A stretch of DNA of 64,000 nt from a bacterium (GTDB taxonomy: Bacteria; Bacteroidota; Ignavibacteria; Kapaibacteriales; Kapaibacteriaceae). A program made the translations under genes and the position numbers. Positions 28,077 through 37,349 of this stretch are shown here, in pieces. Numbering within the stretch: position 1 is the first letter of the stretch; every line of letters starts with the position of its first letter. The stretch is taken from NCBI GenBank assembly GCA_034440235.1, contig JAWXBR010000011.1, positions 64,787 to 128,786 of the forward strand, written 5' to 3'. Under the pieces are notes generated by a model, which had not been told where the DNA came from, searched no databases, and saw only the letters and a program-made list of their open reading frames with translations.

Positions 28077-30793
28077 CAGGGGATACGATTGTATGTTGTA
28101 CGTACTTCGGTGCGAGACGGAATGACGTTCTGCTCAGGACCCTGCAGCGTAATGCGCATGTTCATAATTGTCTTGATATCTGCAGACAATGGCATACCAG
28201 TCTGCGCATCAACAAGGTATGTGCCTTCGAGTGTACCAGAACCCGAGAGGTCGATAGGGCTGCCGTGTTTGCGCATCTCGCCATTCAGCGACACGTCTGG
28301 TGATGCTACGGTAAGTCGCACAAGTTTACGGTTGTTTGAGTCGAGCGATTCTGCATACGTACAGTTCATGGTCAACGTTGTAATAAGAATGCCTTTTTTC
28401 AAATCGAGGTCTTGCGTATCGCGAATCTCCGATGTCCAAGTATCACCCTTCGATGTTTTACCTACGTCGTATGGCGGAAATAAGAGCCTCAAGCCATTGA
28501 TAACGCCACCACTCATGCTCGTGGTTAGCGAGCCTGAGTTGGTACTTGCATCGTCGTAAAGACGTTCTGTTCCCAGTATGGCGCCCGTCGACGTCATTGT
28601 AAGCCTGTCCTTTGTTGAGATGAGGTCGGTCGTAGGAATGGCATTGGTTTCGATCATAGCCTCGTCAACACCATTCGAAGACATGTGCATATAAGCAGTG
28701 TCGTACGAAACGTCAAGCGTATACTGCTTAAGCACAGCTTCTTTTACCTTGACATGTGTGATAGTTCTGAAGTTGGATGTTGTCGCAATCTCTTTGTTCA
28801 TCGCCGTTATCTTCTGCATCACACGAGTGTTTGTTGCATAGTCATACGTCGTGGCGGGCTTCAGTCGGTACTGAAGTTGTCCGTGGGCTGACATCGACAC
28901 AACGGCCATTAAAAAAGGCACAAGCAGAGCAATGATTGTACGAACGGGTGACGCATCTGCGGCTTCACGTTTTTTGGCGCGCTGACGCATTGTCGAGTCG
29001 AGAATTTTTTTGCGTAAACGAATATTGAGCGGTGTGACTTCGAGCAGTTCATCGTCTTCGAGGAACTCTATGCTTTGTTCGAGCGACAACTGACGTGGTG
29101 TATCGAGTTTTACAATACCGTCAGACCCCGAAGCACGCATGTTTGTGAGCGCCTTCATCCTGCAAGCATTTACGCTCAGATCGTCCTCGCGCGCATTTTC
29201 ACCGATAATCATGCCTTCATAGATAGCAATGCCGGGTCCGACAAACAACGAGCCCCGCTCCTGCACCATTTCAAGTGCGTACGGTGTCGACGTGCCGGTT
29301 TCCATAGACACAAGAGCGCCCTTGGCGCGACCACCGATTGGACCCTTGTATTTTTCCCATGCGTGGAATGTGTGGTGCAGGACACCCGTACCGCGCGTTG
29401 ATGTAAGGAACTCTGTACGGAAACCAATGAGACCACGAGCAGGGACAAGGAATTCGCAACGGATGACGTCGAGCGATGGGTTCATCGCAGTCATTTCGCC
29501 CTTGCGCTTCCCAAGGTTCTCAATAACGGTACCAACATTGGCCTCGGGCACGTCGATGGTAACGTGTTCGATAGGCTCGAGCAGTTTGCCATCAGCATCG
29601 CGACGGAAGAGAACTTCCGGACGTGATACAGCGAACTCAAAACCTTCACGACGCATGGTTTCAATAAGAATAGCAAGCTGCAACTCGCCACGTCCAGAGA
29701 CCTTGAACACGTCTGCAGAATCGGTGTCCTCTACGCGCAGCGATACGTTCATGCGTAGCTCGCGATAGAGGCGCTCACGAAGCTTTGGTGTCGTAACAAA
29801 CTTGCCTTCACGTCCAGCCAGCGGCGAAGTATTCACAAGGAAGTACATCGCAATCGTAGGCTCTTCGATATCTACGTACATCAACGGTTCGGTGATGGAC
29901 GTGTCGCAGATCGTTTCGCCGATGTACACGTTTTCAAATCCAGAAAGGGCAATGATGTCGCCCGCCCCTGCCTGTGGTGTCTCGATGCGTGCAATGCCTT
30001 CGTACACATACATCTTTGTAACGCGAGCCGTTTCGCGCTTCCCGTCCGGCTTAATCAGAGCAACGTTGTCGCCAACCTTGAGCTGTCCGGTCTGAATGCG
30101 GCCAACAGCAATACGACCAACGTAATCGCTCCACTCCAACGCGCTAATCACCATCGCAAACGGAGCATCATCGTCCACCGTCGGTGGAGGTATAAATTTC
30201 ATTACTGCATCGAGCAAGGGCTCGAGTGTTTCGGAAGGGTCGTCAAGGGTCTTCTTTGCAATGCCGAGTTTTCCGATTGCATAGATAATCGGAAAGTCGA
30301 GCTGCTCGTACGTTGCACCGAGACCGATAAACAATTCCATGATTTCGTCGAGCACTTCTGCCGGACGTGCATCGCTACGATCGATCTTGTTAATCACCAC
30401 AATTGGTGCAAGCCCCATCTCCAGCGCCTTACGCAACACAAAGCGTGTTTGAGGCAACGGACCTTCGGCGGCGTCGACCAACAGCAATACCCCGTCGACC
30501 ATCGAGAGCACCCGCTCTACCTCGCCACCAAAGTCAGAGTGACCAGGTGTGTCGAGGATGTTGATCTTAGTGTCGCGCCAATGAACGGAAGCGTTCTTGG
30601 CCATGATCGTAATGCCTTTTTCTCTTTCGAGATCGTTCGAATCCATCACACGTTCGGCAACAACTTGGTTGTCGCGGAACGTTCCACTTTGGCGCAGCAT
30701 GTGATCTACAAGCGTTGTTTTGCCGTGATCCACATGCGCAATGATTGCAATGTTTCGGATGTCAGTTCTTGTTCTGGATGCCATAGCCGACAA
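28076..30793 (-). CDS. typA: Translational GTPase TypA/BipA (aa 1-610) continuing in-frame without a stop into a 295-aa domain. That domain starts with a Met-less signal-peptide-like segment and has unknown function.
   Basis: The TypA portion has G1-G5 motifs ([19 protein letters not shown]) and ends ...[27 protein letters not shown] at about 28964. Downstream, the same frame encodes ...[23 protein letters not shown] plus a roughly 270-aa hydrophilic domain. There is no in-frame ATG before the hydrophobic segment. Confidence 0.7.
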   Translation of the reverse strand: MSAMASRTRTDIRNIAIIAHVDHGKTTLVDHMLRQSGTFRDNQVVAERVMDSNDLEREKGITIMAKNASVHWRDTKINILDTPGHSDFGGEVERVLSMVDGVLLLVDAAEGPLPQTRFVLRKALEMGLAPIVVINKIDRSDARPAEVLDEIMELFIGLGATYEQLDFPIIYAIGKLGIAKKTLDDPSETLEPLLDAVMKFIPPPTVDDDAPFAMVISALEWSDYVGRIAVGRIQTGQLKVGDNVALIKPDGKRETARVTKMYVYEGIARIETPQAGAGDIIALSGFENVYIGETICDTSITEPLMYVDIEEPTIAMYFLVNTSPLAGREGKFVTTPKLRERLYRELRMNVSLRVEDTDSADVFKVSGRGELQLAILIETMRREGFEFAVSRPEVLFRRDADGKLLEPIEHVTIDVPEANVGTVIENLGKRKGEMTAMNPSLDVIRCEFLVPARGLIGFRTEFLTSTRGTGVLHHTFHAWEKYKGPIGGRAKGALVSMETGTSTPYALEMVQERGSLFVGPGIAIYEGMIIGENAREDDLSVNACRMKALTNMRASGSDGIVKLDTPRQLSLEQSIEFLEDDELLEVTPLNIRLRKKILDSTMRQRAKKREAADASPVRTIIALLVPFLMAVVSMSAHGQLQYRLKPATTYDYATNTRVMQKITAMNKEIATTSNFRTITHVKVKEAVLKQYTLDVSYDTAYMHMSSNGVDEAMIETNAIPTTDLISTKDRLTMTSTGAILGTERLYDDASTNSGSLTTSMSGGVINGLRLLFPPYDVGKTSKGDTWTSEIRDTQDLDLKKGILITTLTMNCTYAESLDSNNRKLVRLTVASPDVSLNGEMRKHGSPIDLSGSGTLEGTYLVDAQTGMPLSADIKTIMNMRITLQGPEQNVIPSRTEVRTTYNRIP

Positions 30794-30891
30794 AGATACG
30801 GAAGCGGCGCCGGAGGGGGTGCTGGAGGACTCGAATTGTTAGTATATTCATGCTCTAGCATTCATTGTTACCATACTATTACGGAGGTCGC

Positions 30892-31440
30892 ATGAGACTC
30901 TGGTCTAAATACTCCTTGATTGCCCTTTTAACGGTAATCAGCTCTAGCGCAGGTATTGCAGGCGAGTGGCACGCAAGTGTCACAGGTAAATCTCAGGGGA
31001 AGTTTCCTGGTGCTGCAAAAGGATCGCCCCACGCAGGAAAAATTCCTGTACTCACTTTCGATTATGAACTCAAGGCGCCCCGTGATATTGCTACTGGTCA
31101 AACTACAGGCAAGCGTCAGCATAAGCCAATCCGTATCATCAAGGAATGGGATGCTACAACGCCAATGTTTCTAACTGGTATTGTGAACGGTGAGACCTTG
31201 ACCGAGGTTGTTCTGGAGTACTGGGAAGAGGATGATTCTGGTGAAAAGGTTATGACGTTCAAAATCACATTAACCGACTGTCTAGTAACGACCGCTGCAC
31301 AAGGAGATCCTGTTCATGGTGTCGATGTAAAACTCGGCGCCAAGATGCAGGAGATCATTGAAATGACATACAGCACATTAGATTTCGAGCACTTGCAATC
31401 AAAGAAGACAATTCGTGACGCATGGCCTACGGGAAGGTGA
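30892..31440 (+). CDS. Hcp1-family (T6SS tube protein-like) fold protein with an N-terminal Sec signal peptide
   Basis: Signal peptide (MRLWSKYSLIALLTVISSSAGIAGE). After it, the sequence aligns motif-by-motif with Hcp: HAGKIPVLTFDY, GKRQHKPIRIIKEWDATTPMFLTGIVNGE, VMTFKITLTDCLVTT. Confidence 0.6.
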   Translation: MRLWSKYSLIALLTVISSSAGIAGEWHASVTGKSQGKFPGAAKGSPHAGKIPVLTFDYELKAPRDIATGQTTGKRQHKPIRIIKEWDATTPMFLTGIVNGETLTEVVLEYWEEDDSGEKVMTFKITLTDCLVTTAAQGDPVHGVDVKLGAKMQEIIEMTYSTLDFEHLQSKKTIRDAWPTGR

Positions 31441-31444
31441 TATC

Positions 31445-32215
31445 ATGAAAACACTTCTGACAAAACTCGTTGCAGTCGCTTTCGTCTTAATTGTTTCGAT
31501 TCCTGCTGCGGCCCAAGACTCGCTTGATGTGATTGTTCTGCAAGGTGTCTTAATGACTGCCAATGGTACGCCACGTCCCGATGGCAATTACTCAATCTCA
31601 GTCAGCCTGTTTGACGTACCAAACGGCGGATCGCCGATTAGTACGGTCACGAACGTTTCCGTCAAACAAGAGTTCGGCGCCTTTGCGGCCGAACTAAGCA
31701 GAGCTATTGTGTGGCCGCATATGCATCAACTAGGCAAGAGAACAATCGATCCGAAAATGTCTCTATGGTGGAGTGTCTCAATTGACGGCGCAGAACTGAA
31801 GCCGCGATTGCGCATTGCAGCTGTACCGTTGGCATCAACGGCCCGCTACGCCGAAAAAAGTGCTGGTGAGATTCCAGTTGGTAGCATCATACCTTTCGCG
31901 GGTGATACATCAGCTATGCCGAGCGGATGGCTAGTGTGCGATGGAAATCTTGTGAGCGCTGTTGAGTATCCGAGTCTCGCCATGGTCATCGGAACTCGCT
32001 ATAATGACGATGGTGGCGAAGCCGCAGAGATGTTTCGGCTGCCCGATTTACGTGGAATGGTTGTAGTCGGAATGGGCACAAATAGACTAGGTGATCCGGT
32101 TGTTCTCGATGCGCCTAGTTTACCCGCTCAAGGTAATGCGAGCAGAGCAAGCCAGCGCAACGTAAATGCTGGGCTTCCTCAGATCGAATTGCTCTACATC
32201 ATTCGTGCGTGGTAA
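31445..32215 (+). CDS. Phage tail-collar fibre domain protein (MdpB / microcystin-dependent-protein-like) with a signal peptide
   Basis: Signal peptide, then the canonical tail-collar motif GSIIPFAGDTSAMPSGWLVCDGNLVSAVEYPSLAMVIGTRYNDDGG...FRLPDLRGMVVVGMG. The start lies 4 nt after the stop of the Hcp-like gene. Confidence 0.7.
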   Translation: MKTLLTKLVAVAFVLIVSIPAAAQDSLDVIVLQGVLMTANGTPRPDGNYSISVSLFDVPNGGSPISTVTNVSVKQEFGAFAAELSRAIVWPHMHQLGKRTIDPKMSLWWSVSIDGAELKPRLRIAAVPLASTARYAEKSAGEIPVGSIIPFAGDTSAMPSGWLVCDGNLVSAVEYPSLAMVIGTRYNDDGGEAAEMFRLPDLRGMVVVGMGTNRLGDPVVLDAPSLPAQGNASRASQRNVNAGLPQIELLYIIRAW

Positions 32216-32217
32216 AC

Positions 32218-32703
32218 ATGCGTTACCTACTGCTCCTACTCCTGGTTACAAGCACATCCGTTTCCGTTTGCGCTCAATCTGCGGCGAGGCTCGGTCACGC
32301 ATCTACAGATTCGCTCATGGCAGCGGGCGAAATGCGTGCGCGCATCGTAGTCAGTGGCTCCGTGACTGGGCTGCGAACAAGTGAGTCGACAGCCTGGTTT
32401 GGCTTTCTTCCTCTCGGTGGCTTTACGCCTGCTTCGGTATTCGAAGAAGCGTTGTCGTTGCAACTCCATGCAACTCCTACTCCAGCCACCGATGTGTTGC
32501 GAATTACGCTGCCCACAGTGTTGCAAAGTCAGTCTACCAGATGGCGGCTTCTCGATGTAAAAGGACTCGAAGTGCTACGGTCAGATGCGCTGATTACAAA
32601 CGATTTTACGATCGATGTTACTGCGTTGGCAACTGGAACGTACAGTTTGGTCGTTGAATGTCGTGGATTGCGAGCATTCGCACGAGTGGTCGTGCTTCAC
32701 TAG
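32218..32703 (+). CDS. Small secreted protein with T9SS C-terminal sorting domain (about 160 aa)
   Basis: Signal peptide (MRYLLLLLLVTSTSVSVCAQS). The C-terminal roughly 75 aa fit the T9SS CTD pattern (...RLLDVKGLEVLR...LATGTYSLVVE...ARVVVLH). The start overlaps the upstream stop. Confidence 0.55.
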   Translation: MRYLLLLLLVTSTSVSVCAQSAARLGHASTDSLMAAGEMRARIVVSGSVTGLRTSESTAWFGFLPLGGFTPASVFEEALSLQLHATPTPATDVLRITLPTVLQSQSTRWRLLDVKGLEVLRSDALITNDFTIDVTALATGTYSLVVECRGLRAFARVVVLH

Positions 32704-32732
32704 CGGTTCTCGTCATTCGTTAACAGAATTTA

Positions 32733-34682
32733 CTATCGGTATAGCGCGTCCTCTCGAACGCTTATCCCGATCTGACTCAGCAGCACAGGGTTGCAACGGC
32801 GTACCCAGTCGCCGTGCAGCTCTGTGGCTATGGTGTCCTTGCTGCTCAAACTAATCTGAAGCAGTGCAAAGTGACTTCGTATGTCGCACGGATCGATCGC
32901 AATGGCCCTCGAGTAATTCGCAATCGCGGTGTCGATGTTCTTTCGAGCCATTGCGATGTCGGCAATAAACTGGTAGGGCTGAGCAATATTCGTTGGACCG
33001 TCAGCAGCCATGGTTCTGAACATTTCTTCGGCTTTGCCCTGCGTCGCAGATGCATCAACCAACGTCAATGCCTTTGGATACGTTAGAAGCGCCTGTATCT
33101 GCAACGCCGTTAGACTGGTGCGCTGCTGAGGCGAACGCTTTAACACCGCATCGGGTTTACGCCTGAACATCGATTGCAGATTGTTCGTGCCTGACAGGTT
33201 GTAGTAAAACACGTAGTAATCGACATACATCTGCCGTGCCCACAATGCACGCTCGGCAAAAGCACTTGGTTTTATTCCGGTCGAAAACACGATAAAGTCA
33301 GGTTTGCGCGAGAGCACATAGTCTGCATTGTATTTGCGCTCTTTCCACGTCACACTTGAATCGTTACTTACTTCTGGAATGGAAAGGGGCTGCGTTGCTA
33401 TTGTTCTGTCCGTTAGCCCAAGCATGTCAACTACCGTCTGCTTCGAAAAATACTTCAGTGCCCCAATGGTTGTTGCGGCGATGGTATACGTTCGTTCATT
33501 GAGCGCTGCACTTCGCTTCAGCCATTCGCCAGTGCGTTTCATTTTAGAAACGAGCTCCTGCTCGAATTTCGAAGTCGTTGCAATTGCATCTCGCTCTGTA
33601 GTGAACGCAAATGCGCAAGTCACGATAGTAAACAAAGCAACAAAGAGCATGCGCTGTCTGAGAACAAGGTAACTGCCCACGGGCAGCAACACTGACAGAA
33701 TAAGCTGCACTGGAATCAAGAAGCGTTGATGACGCAATACGTCGCCACCTAACACTACAACAGCACACGTCCATAACGCAGCAAGCAACACCACCAGCAG
33801 CACCTCGCGATTGCGCACATACCATGCAGCGGCAACAATCGGCACAAATGCAACGCCCCAGAGCCACACGTTTGTGATGTGTGAGGCGAGGTATTCGAGT
33901 CCGGACCCAATCTGATCGTAAACAAATCCGGTTTTCGCAGCGAAGGTGTTTGGGAGCAGGGCGTCGTACGAAAACCATCGCCAAGCAGTTAGAGCGAGCA
34001 ACGTGCCCCCTAACAACGCCCCTTGCAGGAGAAGCTGTCGGGTAAGGGTCGTACGAGAAAGGGGCTGTTCGTCTACTGAATCTTTGTTGCGGAGTGTGAC
34101 GAGCAGACGGGCTGCGAATAAGATGCCAACGACGAGCATGGCTTCTGGACGTGTGAGAAGCAAGAGCATGCCAAGTGCAACCCACCTGTACGATTGTGGT
34201 GCAACAAGGAAGGCTTCGAGTGTGAGTGCTACGAGGAGCCAGAAGAACGGCGCTTCCATGGCAGAGGCAGACCAGTACTGCACTGCCGCAGTCGAAGCGA
34301 AGAAGAGTGGGGCGAGGAGAGCGAGCCAGGGGACAACGGTTTCGGCGGTGCCTGCGTGACGCAGCATGCGTTGCGCGATGCGAAAGAGTGGTACCAGCGT
34401 GAGCATGGTGCACGCTATTCCGACTATCTGAAGCGCTGTTGCGACGTCGCGAATGCCAATCGAAATTAGTAGTGCTGAGAGCAGCGTCCATGTCAGCGAT
34501 GTAAAACCTTCGACATGTTCACCGATGTTGAACACCAGACCGTGTCCGTCGACCAGGTTGCGTGCATACGTAAGCGTGATGTACGCATCGTCCTGCACAA
34601 AACGCATCGACCATGCACACGCAGCGAACGCAATGCATATACAAGCAAGCACAGCATACGGAAGAGTCCGAATAAGTGTCAT
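32733..34682 (-). CDS. Polytopic membrane protein, putative GT-C fold glycosyltransferase (ArnT/PMT-like) with C-terminal TPR repeats
   Basis: At least 10 N-terminal TM helices with a DDAYI motif in the first loop. A C-terminal soluble domain carries TPR-like repeats (AIANYSRAIAIDP...). Confidence 0.45.
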   Translation of the reverse strand: MTLIRTLPYAVLACICIAFAACAWSMRFVQDDAYITLTYARNLVDGHGLVFNIGEHVEGFTSLTWTLLSALLISIGIRDVATALQIVGIACTMLTLVPLFRIAQRMLRHAGTAETVVPWLALLAPLFFASTAAVQYWSASAMEAPFFWLLVALTLEAFLVAPQSYRWVALGMLLLLTRPEAMLVVGILFAARLLVTLRNKDSVDEQPLSRTTLTRQLLLQGALLGGTLLALTAWRWFSYDALLPNTFAAKTGFVYDQIGSGLEYLASHITNVWLWGVAFVPIVAAAWYVRNREVLLVVLLAALWTCAVVVLGGDVLRHQRFLIPVQLILSVLLPVGSYLVLRQRMLFVALFTIVTCAFAFTTERDAIATTSKFEQELVSKMKRTGEWLKRSAALNERTYTIAATTIGALKYFSKQTVVDMLGLTDRTIATQPLSIPEVSNDSSVTWKERKYNADYVLSRKPDFIVFSTGIKPSAFAERALWARQMYVDYYVFYYNLSGTNNLQSMFRRKPDAVLKRSPQQRTSLTALQIQALLTYPKALTLVDASATQGKAEEMFRTMAADGPTNIAQPYQFIADIAMARKNIDTAIANYSRAIAIDPCDIRSHFALLQISLSSKDTIATELHGDWVRRCNPVLLSQIGISVREDALYR

Positions 34683-34730
34683 CTAGAGAAGCGTCCGGTA
34701 TCGTGCGTGATTGGCAAATCGACTCGTCTG

Positions 34731-35246
34731 TTAGAAGAAGTTCGACTCGTCGCGCCAGCGGACGATTTTCCAGACGTCTGTAGAGGTGGGACGTTCGATA
34801 CGGAGGCTGACGCGGCCTTGTGCGCGAATAACATCAGAGGCAGAGAAAGTAATCGTGAGATTGAAGCCGCGCGAAATGTTTTGAACTAACGAGTCGCCAT
34901 CGGCAACAACAACATCGTTCCAGAGAAGTTCGAGGTTTTGCGAGGCGTTAAAGAGTCCTTGCGTAGCGTACATGTCCTCGTCGCGCCCCCACGTCACATC
35001 GAGCGGCGGTGACTTGTCGTAGTTGCGATACACAAAGGTGAACGTTCTATCAAGAAGTTTACCATACGTGAGTGTGTCCCTGAATACATACGCAAATCGA
35101 AAATTCTGAAACACACCATCGATTGTCCGCTGGTCTCCCAGAATTGGTACCGATGCATCGCGTTCGGCTTTTGCCGGTGCAAACGGATTTGTGCAGGACT
35201 GCAGTATGCAAACGAGACACGCTATCGTTAGAAGTTTGCTGAACAT
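34731..35246 (-). CDS. Lipoprotein of unknown function
   Basis: Lipobox (LVCILQSCTN). No known motifs. Confidence 0.45.
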   Translation of the reverse strand: MFSKLLTIACLVCILQSCTNPFAPAKAERDASVPILGDQRTIDGVFQNFRFAYVFRDTLTYGKLLDRTFTFVYRNYDKSPPLDVTWGRDEDMYATQGLFNASQNLELLWNDVVVADGDSLVQNISRGFNLTITFSASDVIRAQGRVSLRIERPTSTDVWKIVRWRDESNFF

Positions 35247-35277
35247 TACTCATCGCAGTATCATTATTGCAGCAATC

Positions 35278-35580
35278 TCATCGTAGGAACATCTGCAGAA
35301 TTCCAAGAAAGGTCAGGAAGCCAGCGATGAATACAGTGATGCCCGAATAGGCTAGAATCGCTGCGTTATTGGGTCCGTGAACACTCGTGCCCATCGCTCC
35401 CATCGTAGCACCAACGGCACCACAAATACAAGAACATGCGGCCCAGTGCCAGCCCAAGACATAGTGCAGCGATAAGATTGCCGCTGCAATGCCAATTCCG
35501 ATGCAGATGCCTAAAAAGCGCGTAATGAGCGTGTCATTAACGCGGCCATGGTCTTCGGTTGAGTGTGCGTGTGTTTCCAT
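35278..35580 (-). CDS. Small membrane protein (2-3 TM helices) of unknown function
   Basis: A hydrophobic Gly/Ala-rich 100-aa ORF in a gene-dense context. Confidence 0.35.
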   Translation of the reverse strand: METHAHSTEDHGRVNDTLITRFLGICIGIGIAAAILSLHYVLGWHWAACSCICGAVGATMGAMGTSVHGPNNAAILAYSGITVFIAGFLTFLGILQMFLR

Positions 35581-35643
35581 GACGCCAAAATACTGAGGAT
35601 TTTGAACGTAGCGGTGTTATTACGGTCGTAGTGCAATCCCGAC

Positions 35644-36060
35644 TTACGGCATTCCCTTGGAAATGGTATGCACAACGTAAATGCAAGCGTTGTCTACATA
35701 CACGACGCCAGCGGCGTCGCACTTTTCACGTCCGTGGTTGCTCGTAATACCCGACTGCAGCCACACACACGCTATATCGCCCTGTTTCTGCTTTCGCGCA
35801 AGTGCTTCGTCGATGATGGCGTCGGTTTTTTCGGACGGACGGAATACGTCCAGGATGTCGATATGCTCCTCAACATCCGCAAGCGTTGCATAGCAGCGCA
35901 TACCGTCGACGTCATCCGTAAACGGATTCACACCAACAACGGTATATCCAGCATCGCGCAAATAATGCGGAATGTCATGCGCCGGCTTTCCACTCTTACG
36001 AGAAAGCCCGTGCACGCAAATCACTTTTGCGCTGCGCAGCATTTCGACATCCTTTGTCAT
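35644..36060 (-). CDS. CoA-binding domain protein (YccU/YneT-like)
   Basis: KVICVHGLSRKSGKPAHDIPHYLRDAGYTVVGVNP matches the CoA-binding Rossmann-like fold. 138 aa. Confidence 0.7.
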   Translation of the reverse strand: MTKDVEMLRSAKVICVHGLSRKSGKPAHDIPHYLRDAGYTVVGVNPFTDDVDGMRCYATLADVEEHIDILDVFRPSEKTDAIIDEALARKQKQGDIACVWLQSGITSNHGREKCDAAGVVYVDNACIYVVHTISKGMP

Positions 36061-36094
36061 CGAACATCCTTTGTCATCGAAGATCCTTTGTCAT
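36044..36094 (-). repeat. Triplicated 17-nt translation-start region creating two 6-codon upstream ORFs (MTKDLR*, MTKDVR*) in ATGA overlap with the next start
   Basis: On the mRNA strand: ATGACAAAGGATCTTCG ATGACAAAGGATGTTCG ATGACAAAGGATGTCGAAATG... Each copy carries ATG ACA AAG GAT. The first two copies terminate at a TGA that overlaps the next ATG. Confidence 0.85.
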
Positions 36095-36123
36095 CACATT
36101 TAACTCACATAATCATTGCGAAA

Positions 36124-36597
36124 TCACTGACCCTTAAACTTTGCATATACCACACCAGTGTTTGCCGTCGAGACAAATCGCACCGAGTCTACTGTTGATG
36201 CAAGTGTTGTTGTACGATTCCATGTCGCTGTGTCGGTGGTGACGGTGTATTCAGCAAGCACTCCCGCACCTTTTAGCAGCGTCACAAGAACAGTGCCCTT
36301 GCTTATCGAGTCAGCCTGGAGTGTAAAGTCAGTTGTTGTTACCGTCGATGGGTCGCTATATGTCGACAACGCATACCGCGTCGTTGCATTCGTATTCCGA
36401 ACCCAACACGTGGCGTTGTTAAATCCGCCGCCAACCGAAGTCGATTTACCAAATGTGGTACCGTCGGTGACAGGTGGAACGATGATATCGTCTTTATCTG
36501 TATCACACGACATGAGAGTAATACTTAAAACAAGAGCAAGGGTGACTAATAGGCGCATGGGGTGAGTATTCTTGGGGTGGTGAGGGCAATTTCTCAA
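36124..36597 (-). CDS. Lipoprotein of unknown function
   Basis: Lipobox (LSITLMSCDTD). 157 aa. Confidence 0.45.
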   Translation of the reverse strand: MRNCPHHPKNTHPMRLLVTLALVLSITLMSCDTDKDDIIVPPVTDGTTFGKSTSVGGGFNNATCWVRNTNATTRYALSTYSDPSTVTTTDFTLQADSISKGTVLVTLLKGAGVLAEYTVTTDTATWNRTTTLASTVDSVRFVSTANTGVVYAKFKGQ

Positions 36598-36680
36598 GTA
36601 AGGAATTCAAGATACGACTAATAGAAGCCGTAGTGGATTGAATCGCGAAGAGCGTAGTGGTTCGATGCGCTATATGCGCA

Positions 36681-37319
36681 TCAATTCGACAATTGTGCTT
36701 TAAGTACCGACCACGTTGCTTCCGATGTGTCGGCAGCGCCTTTTGCATCGCTCCATCGCGAGATGCTCCAAAGTCCGCTAGGTTCTGGTGTAATTGTCAG
36801 GACCATGGTGCCGGTGAGGGTTGTGGAGACGCCAGTTAGCTCTATTGGTGCAGTTAAGGTGTAGTCAGAAACAAACACAATCGAGTCGGGCGATGTAAAC
36901 GCAACGTTGCTGTTCAGGTACTCGAGCAACGGATTTTCTTCAGTCGACAAGCGTGAGACGAAGGAGAGAAATGCTTGACGCTCTTTTTGGACGGACCATG
37001 TATTAAAGAGCGCAGAAAATCGCGAGCCTATTTCCGCCGATGGCTGAAACACATACGCGAAATTGCTACGCGTCGGAAAGTCAGCCAGACACAGCATAAA
37101 ATTCTCTGTGTTCTTCTCAATCACCGCATTCCGAAAATTATCAATCACAACCGATGCACTCGTCGGAGGTGTGAACAAGCCTCTTGCTGCTGTTGGGTTC
37201 TCGGGTGTGCGCGTCTGACATCCATTTAATATTAACCCTGCAATGACACCAGCAGCAAGTATCGCAGTAATCAGTATCAGCAGCCAGAGGCGTCGTGGTC
37301 TTGGTGTATGTGTAATCAT
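36681..37319 (-). CDS. Membrane-anchored or secreted protein of unknown function. A 16-bp tandem repeat lies at its 5' end.
   Basis: An N-terminal signal/anchor (LWLLILITAILAAGVIAGLIL). The start is probably the ATG at 37319, because the ORF track extension to 37349 runs through a tandem repeat (TGATTGCACATACCAA x2). Confidence 0.45.
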   Translation of the reverse strand: MITHTPRPRRLWLLILITAILAAGVIAGLILNGCQTRTPENPTAARGLFTPPTSASVVIDNFRNAVIEKNTENFMLCLADFPTRSNFAYVFQPSAEIGSRFSALFNTWSVQKERQAFLSFVSRLSTEENPLLEYLNSNVAFTSPDSIVFVSDYTLTAPIELTGVSTTLTGTMVLTITPEPSGLWSISRWSDAKGAADTSEATWSVLKAQLSN

Positions 37320-37349
37320 TTGGTATGTGCAATCACTTGGTATGTGCAA

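Noticed and set aside
30892-32215. A possible type VI secretion locus or prophage fragment, because of the Hcp-like and tail-collar genes
   Set aside because: No TssB/C, VgrG, TssM, ClpV, capsid, terminase, portal or integrase genes are adjacent. Both proteins carry Sec signal peptides, which is incompatible with canonical T6SS or virion assembly. Neighbours are housekeeping (typA) and a membrane glycosyltransferase.
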